A stretch of 64,000 bases of DNA from Gammaproteobacteria bacterium (GCA_021731145.1 JAKFXX010000007.1:5653-69652), one strand, 5' to 3'; positions 1 through 10,600 are shown, counted from the stretch's first letter. A program made the numbers and translations. Notes: generated by a model from the sequence alone, not told the origin.

Positions 1-1484
1 TGGAAGGTCTGCAAATCGCCGCCCCCGCACTGGAGCCATACGTAATTCCCGTGGCGCTGGCAGTCCTGGTGATATTGTTCCTGTTTCAGCGCAGGGGTAC
101 CGCAGGGGTCGGGGCGCTATTCGGGCCAGTCATGGGTCTCTGGTTCGCAACCCTCGCCGTGCTCGGTATCATCAACATTGTTGATTTCCCCCAGATATTG
201 GCGGCTGTTAACCCCGCCTACGCCGTCGAGTTCTTTCTTCATAACAAGTGGCAAGGATTCCTCGCCTTGGGCACGGTGGTGCTGGCGGTGACCGGCGCCG
301 AGGCGCTGTACGCCGACATGGGGCATTTTGGTAAAAAGCCCATCCAGGTCGCGTGGTTCTTCCTGGTTTTGCCCGCCCTGCTGCTCAACTATTTCGGCCA
401 GGGTGCGCTGCTTATCCACGACCCGTCCACCGCGCGCAATCCCTTTTTCATGATGGCCCCCTCCTGGGCCCTGTATCCCCTGATCGCGTTGGCGACGGCG
501 GCTACGGTTATCGCCTCCCAGGCAGTGATCTCCGGTGCCTTCTCGGTGACGCGTCAAGCCATTCAGCTCGGTTACGCGCCACGCATGGAGATGCTGCACA
601 CCTCCGACAAGGCAGCGGGGCAGATTTATCTGCCCTTCATCAACTGGGGCTTATTGATTGGCATTGTGGCATTAGTGATCGGCTTTGAGTCTTCGAGCAA
701 CCTGGCCGCCGCCTATGGCATCGCCGTAACCGGAACCATGGCGATCGACACTATCCTCGCCTTCGTTGTGGTGAGCACGCTGTGGGGCTGGAACTGGACT
801 GCCGCCGTGGCGATCATGTCGTTTTTTCTTGCGATCGACCTTGCATTCTTCGGCGCTAATGCCCTGAAAATTGCTCACGGCGGCTGGTTTCCTCTGGTCA
901 TCGCCGTCGTCGTCTTCACCATCCTGGCGACATGGAAAAGAGGGCGCGAAATTCTTATAGCCCGCCTGAGCGCCGAGGCGATGGCGCTGGCTCCCTTTCT
1001 GACGACCATCGCGGCCCACCCACCGATGCGCGTGCCCGGTACTGCGGTTTTTCTTACTGCGAGCTGCGAGGGCGTGCCCCACGCCCTGCTGCATAACCTT
1101 GCCCACAACAAGGTACTGCACGAAAAAGTGGTATTCCTCACCATCGTCACCGAAGACATCCCCTACGTGCCCGTGCAAGACCGCTTTGAAGTGGAGCCAC
1201 TGGGCAACGGCTTCTCCCGCATCATCATGCATTTCGGTTTCAAGGATGACCCTGACGTACCCAAAGCCCTTGCCCAATGCGAACCACTCGGTCCGCAATT
1301 CAATATGCTCGAAACCTCTTTTTTCCTGAGCCGTGAAACCCTCATCGCTACACGCATACCGGGAATGGCGCTGTGGCGGGAAAAACTGTTCATCGGCATG
1401 GCGCGCAACGCCTCCAACGCCATGACATTTTTCAAAATCCCCACTAACCGCGTGATCGAACTGGGGGCGCAGGTGGAGCTGTGA
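1..1484 (+). CDS. kup: K+ uptake permease Kup (HAK/KUP/KT family), N-terminus cut by window edge
   Basis: Frame is open from the window edge; the listed ORF 51-1484 starts at an internal GTG. Collinear with Kup: GAEALYADMGHFG, VIASQAVISGAFS, GIAVTGTM, HNLAHNKVLHEKVVFLT, C-terminal NRVIELGAQVEL. Confidence 0.92.
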   Translation, partial: EGLQIAAPALEPYVIPVALAVLVILFLFQRRGTAGVGALFGPVMGLWFATLAVLGIINIVDFPQILAAVNPAYAVEFFLHNKWQGFLALGTVVLAVTGAEALYADMGHFGKKPIQVAWFFLVLPALLLNYFGQGALLIHDPSTARNPFFMMAPSWALYPLIALATAATVIASQAVISGAFSVTRQAIQLGYAPRMEMLHTSDKAAGQIYLPFINWGLLIGIVALVIGFESSSNLAAAYGIAVTGTMAIDTILAFVVVSTLWGWNWTAAVAIMSFFLAIDLAFFGANALKIAHGGWFPLVIAVVVFTILATWKRGREILIARLSAEAMALAPFLTTIAAHPPMRVPGTAVFLTASCEGVPHALLHNLAHNKVLHEKVVFLTIVTEDIPYVPVQDRFEVEPLGNGFSRIIMHFGFKDDPDVPKALAQCEPLGPQFNMLETSFFLSRETLIATRIPGMALWREKLFIGMARNASNAMTFFKIPTNRVIELGAQVEL

Positions 1485-1949
1485 GGCTGGTAGACCTCAT
1501 CGTCGGCGGGAAGTAGAGTAACGCATGAAGCGATTGCCGAAAATGATTAAGACGTTTGAGAATTACCGAGACGTTGAAGATGCACCTGATTGCCAGGAAC
1601 ACAGCGGGTAAACCTGATGATCGTGCAACGCGCCGGACATCTTAAACGGGCATGGCATCAAACCAAAGGGAATGCACTGGAACACCTATCAGCGGCTAAT
1701 CACCATGCACGATACATATCGCTGAATTACATGGCGCGACGGACAGGGATGATCGAGGCGGGCTTGGGCGATATTGGCGAGGATTTTAGTCTGTTTTGCA
1801 AAATCGACGGGTAGTCTATCGGTGTTAAACCGTCGCAACGTCATTGCCCAGGCCCTGCAAAGGCTGTACATTTAAAATAGTAATAATACGCTCGCCGTGT
1901 TCAGCGCCTGCAATGCCTGCCAATATAAAAACCAACCCAAAATAGAACC

Positions 1950-3914
1950 ATGCAAAATCATTCCGAAATCGCCGAATTCCTTTGGAAAATCGCTGACCTC
2001 ATCAAAGACGACTACGACGCCAAGGATTACGAGGATGTGATTCTGCCGTTCACCTTGCTGCGCCGTCTGGATTGCGTGTTGCAACCCACCCGGCAGGCGG
2101 TGCGTGATGCGGCGGTGAAATACAAAACCACACCCGCGCAAACCCGCGATGCGCTGTTGATGAGGGCCGCTGGACAGAAGTTTTACAACACGTCCGAATA
2201 CTCGCTCGAAGAGCTGATCCGCCGACCCGCCGACATAGTGCCGAATTTCTCTGCCTACCTGGCGGGGTTCTCGGCCAATGTAAAGGACATCCTCTACAAC
2301 TTTTCCGGCGGTGAGGAAAAGGGGCTGTCGCCGATTTACGAAACGCTCGCGCGCAAGCGGCTCATTCTCAAAATCACCCAGGCGTTTTCTGAAGCCGACC
2401 TCTCGCTTGAGAACGTGGACAACCACGGCATGGGGACGATTTTTGAATACCTGATCCGCAAATTCAAGGAAGCCAGCAACGAAGCCGCCGGGCAGTTCTA
2501 CACCCCGCGCGACATCATCCGGCTGATGGTGAAGCTCATGTTCGAGCCAGACCGCGCCAAGCTCGCCAAGGAGAGCCTGGTCGGCATTTATGACCCGGCC
2601 TGCGGCACGGGCGGCATGTTGACCATTGCCAAGGAGCATTTGCTGGGCGGCATCAACCCGTCGCTTGAGGTGTATCTCTACGGCCAGGAATTGAATGAAA
2701 AGACCTACGCTATCGCCAAGGCCGACATGCTGATGAAGGGCGAAGACCCGGAAAACATCAAACGCGAAAACACCCTCAGTCACGACCTGTTGCCCGGCAA
2801 GCAATTCAACTACATGCTTTCCAATCCGCCGTTTGGCAAGGACTGGAAAAATATCCGCGAAGAGATCGAAGCGGAACACAAAATGGGTGCGGCGGGCCGC
2901 TACGCACCCGGCCTGCCCGACGTGGGCGATGGCGCGATGTTGTTTCTGCTGCACAAGCTCAGCAAGATGGCTCCACAGGGTTCCAAGATCGCGCTGATCT
3001 TTAACGGTTCGCCGCTGTTCAACGGCGATGCGGGCAGCGGCCCCAGCAACATCCGCAAACACATTCTGGAAAATGATTGGCTCGACGCCATCGTCGCGTT
3101 GCCGAATGACCTGTTCTACAACACCGGCATCGCCACCTACATCTGGCTCATCAACAACAAAAAGCCCGTTGAGAGGCGCAACAAAGTGCAGCTCATCAAT
3201 GCCACCAGCGCAGACTATTACACCCTGCTGCGGCGCAACCTCGGCAAAAAGCGCGTGGAAATCAGCGAAGACCAGTCCGCCAGCATCCTGGGTATTTATC
3301 AAACATTTGAAGAGAGCAAGGTCAGCAAGATTTTCGATACCACAGACTTCGGCTACACCAAAGTCTGTGTGGAACGTCCGCTGCGCCTGCGTTTTGATCT
3401 GACCGAGGCACAACGCCAACACCTGCAACTCGATGCCACCGTGCTCAAGCTCAAAGACGGCCGTGCGCAAGAACTCGCCAGCGTGCTGGAAAAACTGGCG
3501 GCGCAAGCGCCGTGGAATGACGACGCTGCATTCTTCGCCGCACTGAATAAAGCACTGTCGTGGAAGCCCGCCGCCGGGCTGGTGAAGTTGCTTCGCGCTG
3601 CTTTAAGCGAGCGCGATGAAACTGCCAAACCCGTGCTGGATGCCGATGGCAAGCAAGCGCCGGACAGCGACCTGCGCGACTTCGAAAACGTGCCGCTGAA
3701 AGACGACATCGACGCCTACTTCGCCCGCGAAGTGTTGCCCCATGTGCCGGATGCGTGGATGGATCGAAGCAAAGATAAGGTCGGCTATGAAATCAGCTTC
3801 ACCAAATATTTCTACGAATACACCCCGCTGCGCGCCACCGAGGAAATAGCCGCCGAACTGCTGGCACTGGATGAGGAGACGGAGAATTTGTTGCGGGAGA
3901 TTGTGGCGGGATGA
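1950..3914 (+). CDS. hsdM: Type I restriction-modification system, N6-adenine DNA methyltransferase subunit
   Basis: 654 aa. SAM-binding motif DPACGTGGML and catalytic NPPFG. Stop overlaps the next start (ATGA), typical of hsdM-hsdS coupling. Confidence 0.93.
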   Translation: MQNHSEIAEFLWKIADLIKDDYDAKDYEDVILPFTLLRRLDCVLQPTRQAVRDAAVKYKTTPAQTRDALLMRAAGQKFYNTSEYSLEELIRRPADIVPNFSAYLAGFSANVKDILYNFSGGEEKGLSPIYETLARKRLILKITQAFSEADLSLENVDNHGMGTIFEYLIRKFKEASNEAAGQFYTPRDIIRLMVKLMFEPDRAKLAKESLVGIYDPACGTGGMLTIAKEHLLGGINPSLEVYLYGQELNEKTYAIAKADMLMKGEDPENIKRENTLSHDLLPGKQFNYMLSNPPFGKDWKNIREEIEAEHKMGAAGRYAPGLPDVGDGAMLFLLHKLSKMAPQGSKIALIFNGSPLFNGDAGSGPSNIRKHILENDWLDAIVALPNDLFYNTGIATYIWLINNKKPVERRNKVQLINATSADYYTLLRRNLGKKRVEISEDQSASILGIYQTFEESKVSKIFDTTDFGYTKVCVERPLRLRFDLTEAQRQHLQLDATVLKLKDGRAQELASVLEKLAAQAPWNDDAAFFAALNKALSWKPAAGLVKLLRAALSERDETAKPVLDADGKQAPDSDLRDFENVPLKDDIDAYFAREVLPHVPDAWMDRSKDKVGYEISFTKYFYEYTPLRATEEIAAELLALDEETENLLREIVAG

Positions 3915-5254
3915 GCACGATGCGTCTTAAATTCGCTTTTGAACCGACCATTGGCGGGGTATGGGGCGAAGAGCCAAATGGCGATGCAAACGATATGGTT
4001 TGTGTCCGTGTGGCCGACTTTGACGACACGGCATGTCGGGTATCCACTACGAAGTTGACGACTCGAAATATTTCCCTTTCCGAGCAACGGGGGCGAGTGC
4101 TGCAACAGGGCGATCTACTGCTTGAAAAGTCTGGCGGCGGCGAGCAAACCGCCGTAGGCAGAACCGTTTTATTTGATTATGAATTTAAAGCAGTCTGCTC
4201 CAACTTTGTTGCCCTGCTTCGCCCGAAGAAAATGCATGAACCACGATTCTTGGCTTATCTGTCTCGTGCCATCTATCTCGCAGGTGGATCAATACCGCAC
4301 ATCAAGCAAACGACCGGCATTCAGAACCTTGATTGCTCATCGTATTTGAGTCAATCAGTTGAAGTGCCAGATATTTCAAAACAACGCCGCATCGCCTCCT
4401 ATCTGGACGAGCAGACGGCGAAGATCGACCGGCTGATGGAGATGCGGCGGCGGCAGATGGCTTTGCTCAAGGAGCAGCGAGCGGCACTCATCCAGCAAGC
4501 TGTTACCCGTGGCCTCAACCCCAACGCCCCGATGAAAGACTGCGGCCTGCCGTGGCTGGGCGAGGTTCCGGCACATTGGGAAGTTGTGCATTTCAAGCGG
4601 TTGCTGTCTCTCGTAGAATACGGAATTTCAGAGCGAGTTGATGTTGAAGGAAGGTTCATCTGCCTACGCATGGGCGACCTTAATTTCGGCGAGATTTCAT
4701 TTGATGGTGTGGCCTTCGTTGATGCAGTCGATGAAGGACTGTTGCTCCGAAAGGGCGACTTGCTTTTCAATCGTACCAACAGTCTGGCTCAAGTCGGCAA
4801 GGTCGCAATTTATCGCGGGAACGGTGATAGCAGCGTGACTTTCGCTTCTTACCTTGTGCGTCTGCGAGCAGGACCTGACGCTGATTCCGAGTATTTGAAC
4901 TACCTGCTGAACTCGGAGCCGATTCTTGTTTGGGCGCGGAGCGAAGCAATCCCGGCAATCGGTCAGGCAAACCTAAATCCTACGCGTTACTGCTTGCTTC
5001 GCGTTGTTAAGCCACCGATTGAGGAGCAAAAAGCGATTGTTAGTTATTGCGTCACTGTCTCGCGGCGAATTGAAGATTTGCTTTTCGCCTACACTCGCCA
5101 ACTGGAGTTGCTGAAGGAATACCGCGCCGCACTGATTCACGAATGTGTTACTGGCCAGCGGGCTGTTTCTGGTGTTGTAGCCGCTGGCGCTGACAGCGGC
5201 TTTTCGCCGCGCTCAACGCGCGCGGCTACAATTGGCTCCAGGCTAAACCCGTGA
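3911..5254 (+). CDS. hsdS: Type I R-M specificity subunit with a repeat-derived C-terminal extension
   Basis: 447 aa. Two variable target-recognition halves, each followed by a conserved helical spacer (RRRQMALLKEQRAALIQQAVTRGLNP; LELLKEYRAALIHECVTGQ). The last ~30 codons (5166-5254) are read through a copy of the hairpin repeat that also follows the next gene. Confidence 0.88.
   Translation: MSTMRLKFAFEPTIGGVWGEEPNGDANDMVCVRVADFDDTACRVSTTKLTTRNISLSEQRGRVLQQGDLLLEKSGGGEQTAVGRTVLFDYEFKAVCSNFVALLRPKKMHEPRFLAYLSRAIYLAGGSIPHIKQTTGIQNLDCSSYLSQSVEVPDISKQRRIASYLDEQTAKIDRLMEMRRRQMALLKEQRAALIQQAVTRGLNPNAPMKDCGLPWLGEVPAHWEVVHFKRLLSLVEYGISERVDVEGRFICLRMGDLNFGEISFDGVAFVDAVDEGLLLRKGDLLFNRTNSLAQVGKVAIYRGNGDSSVTFASYLVRLRAGPDADSEYLNYLLNSEPILVWARSEAIPAIGQANLNPTRYCLLRVVKPPIEEQKAIVSYCVTVSRRIEDLLFAYTRQLELLKEYRAALIHECVTGQRAVSGVVAAGADSGFSPRSTRAATIGSRLNP
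5166..5230 (+). repeat. Left copy of hairpin repeat (tttctggtgttGTAG-ccgctg-gcgctga-cagcgg-ct...)
   Basis: Stem AGCCGCTG (5179-5186) / CAGCGGCT (5194-5201), loop GCGCTGA. A second GC-rich stem GCCGCGC/GCGCGGC follows. About 90% identical to the core of 5722-5821. Confidence 0.8.
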
Positions 5255-5721
5255 CTCAGCATAAACACCTACGCCGTCTTGAATCTGTTTGGGTCAATCA
5301 ACCGGTTTTCTTCATTACCACTTGCACCATGGGGCGGCGCCCTCTGCTGGCGTGCCCCGAAATATTTTCCATCATCCAGGATGAATTTCGTTCCGCGCCG
5401 CAACGCCATGGATGGCATGTTGGTCGTTTTGTCGTCATGCCCGACCACATACATTTTTTCTGCGCACGTGGTGGAGATGAGACAAGTTCATCGCTATCCC
5501 GTTTCGTCGGGGCGTTCAAGGAGTGGAGTTCAAAGCGGATAACCCGCCAGTTGGGGGCGCAACCCCCCATTTGGCAACCGGAGTTTTTTGATCATCTTCT
5601 GCGTTCCGATGAAAGTTACGCTGATAAATGGCTGTACGTTCGGGAGAACCCAGTGCGCGCTGGTCTAGTACAAACGGCTGAAGATTGGCCATATGCCGGA
5701 GAAATTGAGGTTTTAAGATGA
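5251..5721 (+). CDS. REP-associated tyrosine transposase-like protein (Y1 HUH / IS200-like fold)
   Basis: 156 aa. HUH motif in MPDHIHFF; C-terminal YVRENPVRAGLV...WPYAG typical of the RayT/COG1943 family. GTG start overlaps the hsdS stop (GTGA). Confidence 0.75.
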   Translation: MTQHKHLRRLESVWVNQPVFFITTCTMGRRPLLACPEIFSIIQDEFRSAPQRHGWHVGRFVVMPDHIHFFCARGGDETSSSLSRFVGAFKEWSSKRITRQLGAQPPIWQPEFFDHLLRSDESYADKWLYVRENPVRAGLVQTAEDWPYAGEIEVLR

Positions 5722-5821
5722 TTTCTGGTTTTGTAGCCGTTGGCGCTGACAACGGCTTTTCGCCGCGCGCGGACACAATGGACAGCAGCTATTTCTGCCG
5801 CGCTCACCGCGCACGGCTACA
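5722..5821 (+). repeat. Right copy of hairpin repeat, with a ~34-bp internal insertion
   Basis: tttctggttttGTAGCCGTTGgcgctgaCAACGGCT. The stem changes C>T and G>A relative to the left copy preserve pairing (covariation). Confidence 0.8.
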
Positions 5822-5830
5822 GGTTAACGC

Positions 5831-7504
5831 ATGAACACGCAAGAACTCACCGCCCTATTGGATCGACTGCGCGCGGAACCGCACGAGTCCGAGTGGCTGG
5901 AGTTCAAAGCCAACCGTTTCGAGCCGCAGCTGCTGGGCGAATATATTTCCGCCCTGGCCAATTCCGCCTGCCTGTTGGGCAAGCCACGCGCTTATCTGGT
6001 GTTCGGTATTGCGGACGGCAGCCATGCGGTGGTGGGCACGAGCTTTGATCCGCAGGCCGAGAAAGGCGTCGGTAATCAGTTGTTGCCGCTGTGGTTGTCG
6101 TTGGGTTTGCATCCCAATACCGGCTTTGAGATTCATCCCTTTACCTATCACGGCCAGCGCGTGGTGCTGTTTGAGATTCATCCGGCCTTTGATCAGCCGG
6201 TGAAGTTTTACGGCACGGCCTATATCCGCGATGGCACCAGCAAAACCGAGCTGGCGCGCTACCCGGAAAAGCAGCGGCAAATCTGGCAGCGCCGGGTGGA
6301 TTGGAGCGCCCAGGTGTGTGAGCGGGCAAGCCTCACCGATCTTGATCCGGTGGCGATAGCCAAGGCGCGCGCGGAGTATAAAACCAAGTTTCCGGCCAAG
6401 GCTGCCGAGGTGGATAGCTGGGATGATGCGACCTTTCTGAACAAAGCCAAGCTGACGATACAGGGCGCGATGACGAACGCCGCGCTGTTGTTGCTGGGCT
6501 TGCCGGAAGCAACTTCCTTGCTGTCGCCCGCTGTGGCACGGATCAGCTGGCTATTGAAGAATGAGCGCAACGAGGATCAGGACTACGAGCATTTCGAGCC
6601 GCCTTTTTTGTTGAACGTGGATAAAGTCCTCGCGCGTATCCGCAACCTGACGGTGCGGGAACTGCCGAGTGGTACGCTGTTTCCCGTGGAGATGTCGCAG
6701 TATGACCCGTGGGTGATCCGCGAGGCATTGCACAACTGTATCGCCCACCAGGACTACGGCTTGCGCGGCCGCATTCAGGTGGTGGAAACGCCGCAAGGGC
6801 TGACGCTGACCAATGTGGGCGGTTTTCTGCCGGGGCGTGTGGAGACGGTGATCGAGCAGGATGCGCCGCTGGAAATCTATCGTAACCCCTTTCTCGCTGA
6901 GGCGATGGTCAATCTGAATATGATTGATACGCAGGGCGGCGGCATCAAGCGCATGTTCCAAGCGCAACGACGACGCTTTTTTCCCATGCCGGATTACGAT
7001 CTTTCGCAGCCCGAGCGGGTGGCCGTTAGCATACAGGGACGCATTCTGGATGAACGCTATACCCGTTTGTTGATGACCCGAACCGATCTGGATTTACGCA
7101 CGATCATTCTGCTCGATAGGGTGCAAAAAAATCTAGCTATATTGCCGGAAGACAACAAACGACTGAAAGCAGCGAAACTCGTGGAAGGCCGTTACCCGAA
7201 CTTGGTGGTGGCTGCATCAATTGCTGCCGCTACCGGGCAGAAAGCGAAGCATATTCGCGATAAGGGATTCGATAACAGCTACTACCGTGATCTGATTTTG
7301 AAGATTATCCGTGAGCATCAACCGGTATCGCGCGAAGACATTGACCGGTTATTGCTGGATAAACTGCCAGAAATCCTGAGTCAGGAGCAGAAGCTCACCA
7401 AGATTAATAACTTAATGCAGAGTCTGGCAAAGGCAGGGCTGATTCGTAATGACGGTGTCCGCAAGTATCCGCAATGGGTTTGGGTGGTTAGCGAAAATAA
7501 TTAA
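5831..7504 (+). CDS. AlbA_2 (Schlafen-like) domain / HATPase_c_4 / wHTH protein, function unknown
   Basis: 557 aa. N-terminal ESEWLEFK...YLVFGI signature of the AlbA_2 divergent-AAA domain; central IREALHNCIAHQDY motif of the RecG-C-like ATPase domain; basic helical C-terminus. Embedded between hsdS and hsdR. Confidence 0.7.
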   Translation: MNTQELTALLDRLRAEPHESEWLEFKANRFEPQLLGEYISALANSACLLGKPRAYLVFGIADGSHAVVGTSFDPQAEKGVGNQLLPLWLSLGLHPNTGFEIHPFTYHGQRVVLFEIHPAFDQPVKFYGTAYIRDGTSKTELARYPEKQRQIWQRRVDWSAQVCERASLTDLDPVAIAKARAEYKTKFPAKAAEVDSWDDATFLNKAKLTIQGAMTNAALLLLGLPEATSLLSPAVARISWLLKNERNEDQDYEHFEPPFLLNVDKVLARIRNLTVRELPSGTLFPVEMSQYDPWVIREALHNCIAHQDYGLRGRIQVVETPQGLTLTNVGGFLPGRVETVIEQDAPLEIYRNPFLAEAMVNLNMIDTQGGGIKRMFQAQRRRFFPMPDYDLSQPERVAVSIQGRILDERYTRLLMTRTDLDLRTIILLDRVQKNLAILPEDNKRLKAAKLVEGRYPNLVVAASIAAATGQKAKHIRDKGFDNSYYRDLILKIIREHQPVSREDIDRLLLDKLPEILSQEQKLTKINNLMQSLAKAGLIRNDGVRKYPQWVWVVSENN

Positions 7505-7638
7505 TAAAAATTAATAAAAACAGGATGAATAGGGATCGGCAGAATATATAACTGGCCGTTATGAAAGGAGTTTTTTATTGATACCTGCGAAATCAAAGCA
7601 GACGGCAATCAATAAAACTATTAATAGGAGCCGCCCAC

Positions 7639-10600
7639 ATGGCAAAAACAAACTCCCTGAGCGAGGCTGCATTCGAGAATGTAGTGATGGAAGCACTGGC
7701 GGCTAGTCCCCTCTATATTGCCCGTGATGCCAACCACTTCGACGCGACAACCCTGCTCGATGCCGAACAGTTGTGGGACTTTATTGAGGCGACCCAGCCC
7801 AAGGAGTTAGCCAAGTTGCGCAAGCAGTTTCCTGATGCTCCGCGCGAGGCGCTGGCGGCGCATGTAACGGGCTTGACTCAGAAACGCGGCACGTTGGAGG
7901 TGTTGCGGAATGGCGTTTCGTTCAGCGGTATCAATCTGCAACTGGCCTATTTTCGCCCGTCTGCCGGTGGCAACCAGGAACATCAGGCACGCTATGAAGG
8001 CAACTGCTTTGCCGTGATGCGGCAGGTGCATTTCTCCACCAAAACGCCTGACCAGTCGGCGGATGTCATCATTTTGCTTAATGGCCTGCCGATTGTGTCG
8101 GTAGAGCTGAAAAACCATTTCACCAATCAAAACGTGCAGCACGCCATCGCCCAGTATCGGCGGCGCGATAAAAATGAGCCGTTCTGGAAACGCTGTCTGG
8201 TGCATTTTGCGGTAGACGACGATGCGGCCTTCATGAGTACACAAATTGCCGGGGCGGACACGGCCTTCCTGCCCTTCAACCGCGATACTCACAACCCGAT
8301 TATCGAAGACCATTTTTCAACCAGTTACCTATGGAGCGATTTCACCGATGAAGATGGCGAAGTGCAGCCAGGCATTTGGCAGGCCGATTCGCTGTTGCTA
8401 CTGATCCAGAATTATTTGCACATCGAGCGCGATGCTAAAACGGGCAAGGAAAAATTTATCTTCCCACGTTTTCATCAGTATCAGGTTGTGCGCAAACTGC
8501 TTGCCCACGCTAAAACACAGGGCAGCGGACACAACTACTTGGTTCAGCACAGTGCGGGCTCTGGAAAATCAAACAGCATCGCCTGGCTGGCGCATCAACT
8601 CGCCAATCTATGCGGCTCGGACGAGCAACCGGTATTCGATAGCGTGATTGTGATTACCGACCGGCGTGTGCTGGATAAGCAGTTGCAGGACACCATCAAG
8701 CAGTTCGAGAAAATCAAAGGGGTGGTGACGCCCATCCGCAGCGGTGCGAAGCAACTGACTCAGGCACTGGCGCACGGTGACAAGATCATTATTTCAACGT
8801 TGCAAAAATTTGGCTTTGTCGGCGAGCTGGCGAAGATGTCGGGCAAGCGTTTTGCCGTGGTGGTGGATGAGGCGCACAGTTCGCAAACGGGCGAAGGGGT
8901 TAAAGACCTCAAGCTGGTGCTGACCAGCGACGAAGATTTGCAAAAGGCTCTGGATAAGGACGATGAAGGTGAGGAGCTAGACCCCATCGAATCCGAATTG
9001 GAAAAAATTCAAAAGGCGAGGCAGAAGCTGCCGCACCTGTCGTTCTTCGCCTTCACCGCAACACCCAAAGACAAGACGCTGGAACTGTTCGGTGTGCCGG
9101 ATAAAGGCGTGAAGAAAGGCTTCCGGCCTTTTCATCAATACACCATGCGCCAGGCCATCGCTGAAGGCTTCATTCTCGATGTGCTGGAGAGCTACACCAC
9201 TTACAAAACCTATTTCGAGCTGATCGAAAACGAGAAAGCCGATGGCGAAAAGGAGGTGGAGAAGCTCAAGGCACGGCGGCTGATGCTGAACTATGTGGAT
9301 CAGCACGAGTTTGCCATCAAGCGCAAAGCGCACATTATCGTGGATCACTTCACCCGCAACACCTCGCACAAGATTGCCGGGCAGGCCAAGGCGATGGTGG
9401 TGACGCATTCGCGCGCCCATGCAGTGCGCTACAAACAGGAGCTGGATAATGTGGTGCGTGAGCAGGGTTTGAGTTTCGGCGTGCTGGTGGCGTTCTCTGG
9501 CACGGTAACGATTAACGAGCAGAAATACACCGAAGAGAATATGAACCCGCCCGGTACGGGTGATATTGCCGAGGCGTTCAAAAATCCGACACAGCGAATT
9601 TTGGTAGTGGCGAACAAATACCAGACCGGTTTCGATCAACCACTGTTACGCACCATGTATGTGGACAAAAAGCTGGGCGGCGTAGCAGCGGTGCAGACCC
9701 TAAGCCGCCTTAATCGTACCTACCCACCGCTCAAGCAAGACACGATGGTGCTGGATTTTGTGAACGTGCAAAAAGACATAGAAGCATCGTTCCAGGATTA
9801 CTATCAGCGCACCGAACTGGAAGGCGAGACCGACCCGAACAAGCTCAGCAACCTGAAATACTCACTGGAAAAGATGGACGTATTCACGCCGGAGGACGTG
9901 GTGGAATTTGTGGAACTGTTCGTCGTGAAAAAGGTGAAGTCAGAGAAGCTGCAACCCTTTTTCCAACGCATTGTGACTGGCAAAGGTAGCGATGGCAGCA
10001 TCGTGCGAAACAGCTATTACGACAAGCTGAAGACTGAGGCCAAGGACAAGTTCCGCAAGGAAACTGCACGCTATGTGAAGCAATACAGCTTTATCAGTCA
10101 GATTATGACTTTCACCGATACAGGGTTAGAGAAGTTCTATCTCTTTGCCAAGCTGCTGCTGCGGCAATTGCCGTATGAAAAGCAAACCCTGCCGCTGGAA
10201 GTGATCGAGATGATCGACATGGACAAGTATCGTGTTCAGGAAGAGCAGAATGGCCGCATTACCTTGAAGGACGAGGATGGCATTCTGGAACCGTCTCCAG
10301 ACGACGGGCATCGTGGCGGTGAGCCAGATATGGAAAAACTCAAACTTATCGTTAAGAAGTTGAATGAGGATTTCGGCATTCCCTTCGAGGAAGCCGACCG
10401 GGTGATGAACGCAATCAAGGTGAAGTTGGAAGGGGACGACGCGCTACGGGCTGCATTCAAAACCAATAGCATCGGGTTTTTACGAAAACAAAAGCTACAG
10501 GACAGCATCAAGGAAGCGTTCCTCAGCAATGCCGATGAGTTCCTGAACTTCATGTCGAAGACAGAGACTGACACCGGCTTCGGGAAGTTCTTCTTCTCGG

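Larger units (their letters stand above)
5166..5821 (+). mobile_element. REP/RAYT-like unit: Y1 HUH transposase-like gene bracketed by direct copies of a GTAG-hairpin repeat
   Basis: Direct repeats at 5166-5230 and 5722-5821 flank ORF 5251-5721. Each copy has GTAG followed by an 8-bp stem with two compensatory changes between copies. About 650 bp, the size of an IS200-like unit. Confidence 0.6.

Noticed and set aside
1590-1871. Small ORFs (1590-1814 +, 1689-1871 -) and the KPKGMHWNTYQRL fragment, as possible functional genes or a transposase remnant.
   Set aside because: The frames are interrupted by stops after ~30 codons and have no start/RBS context. The resemblance to a known family is from memory only. 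Treated as relic DNA at the island edge.
1872-3506. A 544-aa ORF antisense to hsdM, and similar long antisense ORFs: 11322-12518 vs fbp, 16152-17123 vs citrate synthase, 24299-25321 vs speA, 36557-37768 vs csoS2, 48814-50427 vs cbbL, 50364-51509 vs cbbS/cbbQ, 55951-56901 and 57448-59622 vs hrpA.
   Set aside because: Each lies opposite a confidently identified gene and has Arg/Gly/Ala/His-rich low-complexity translations with no recognisable motifs. Long stop-free shadow frames are expected in ~60% GC DNA.
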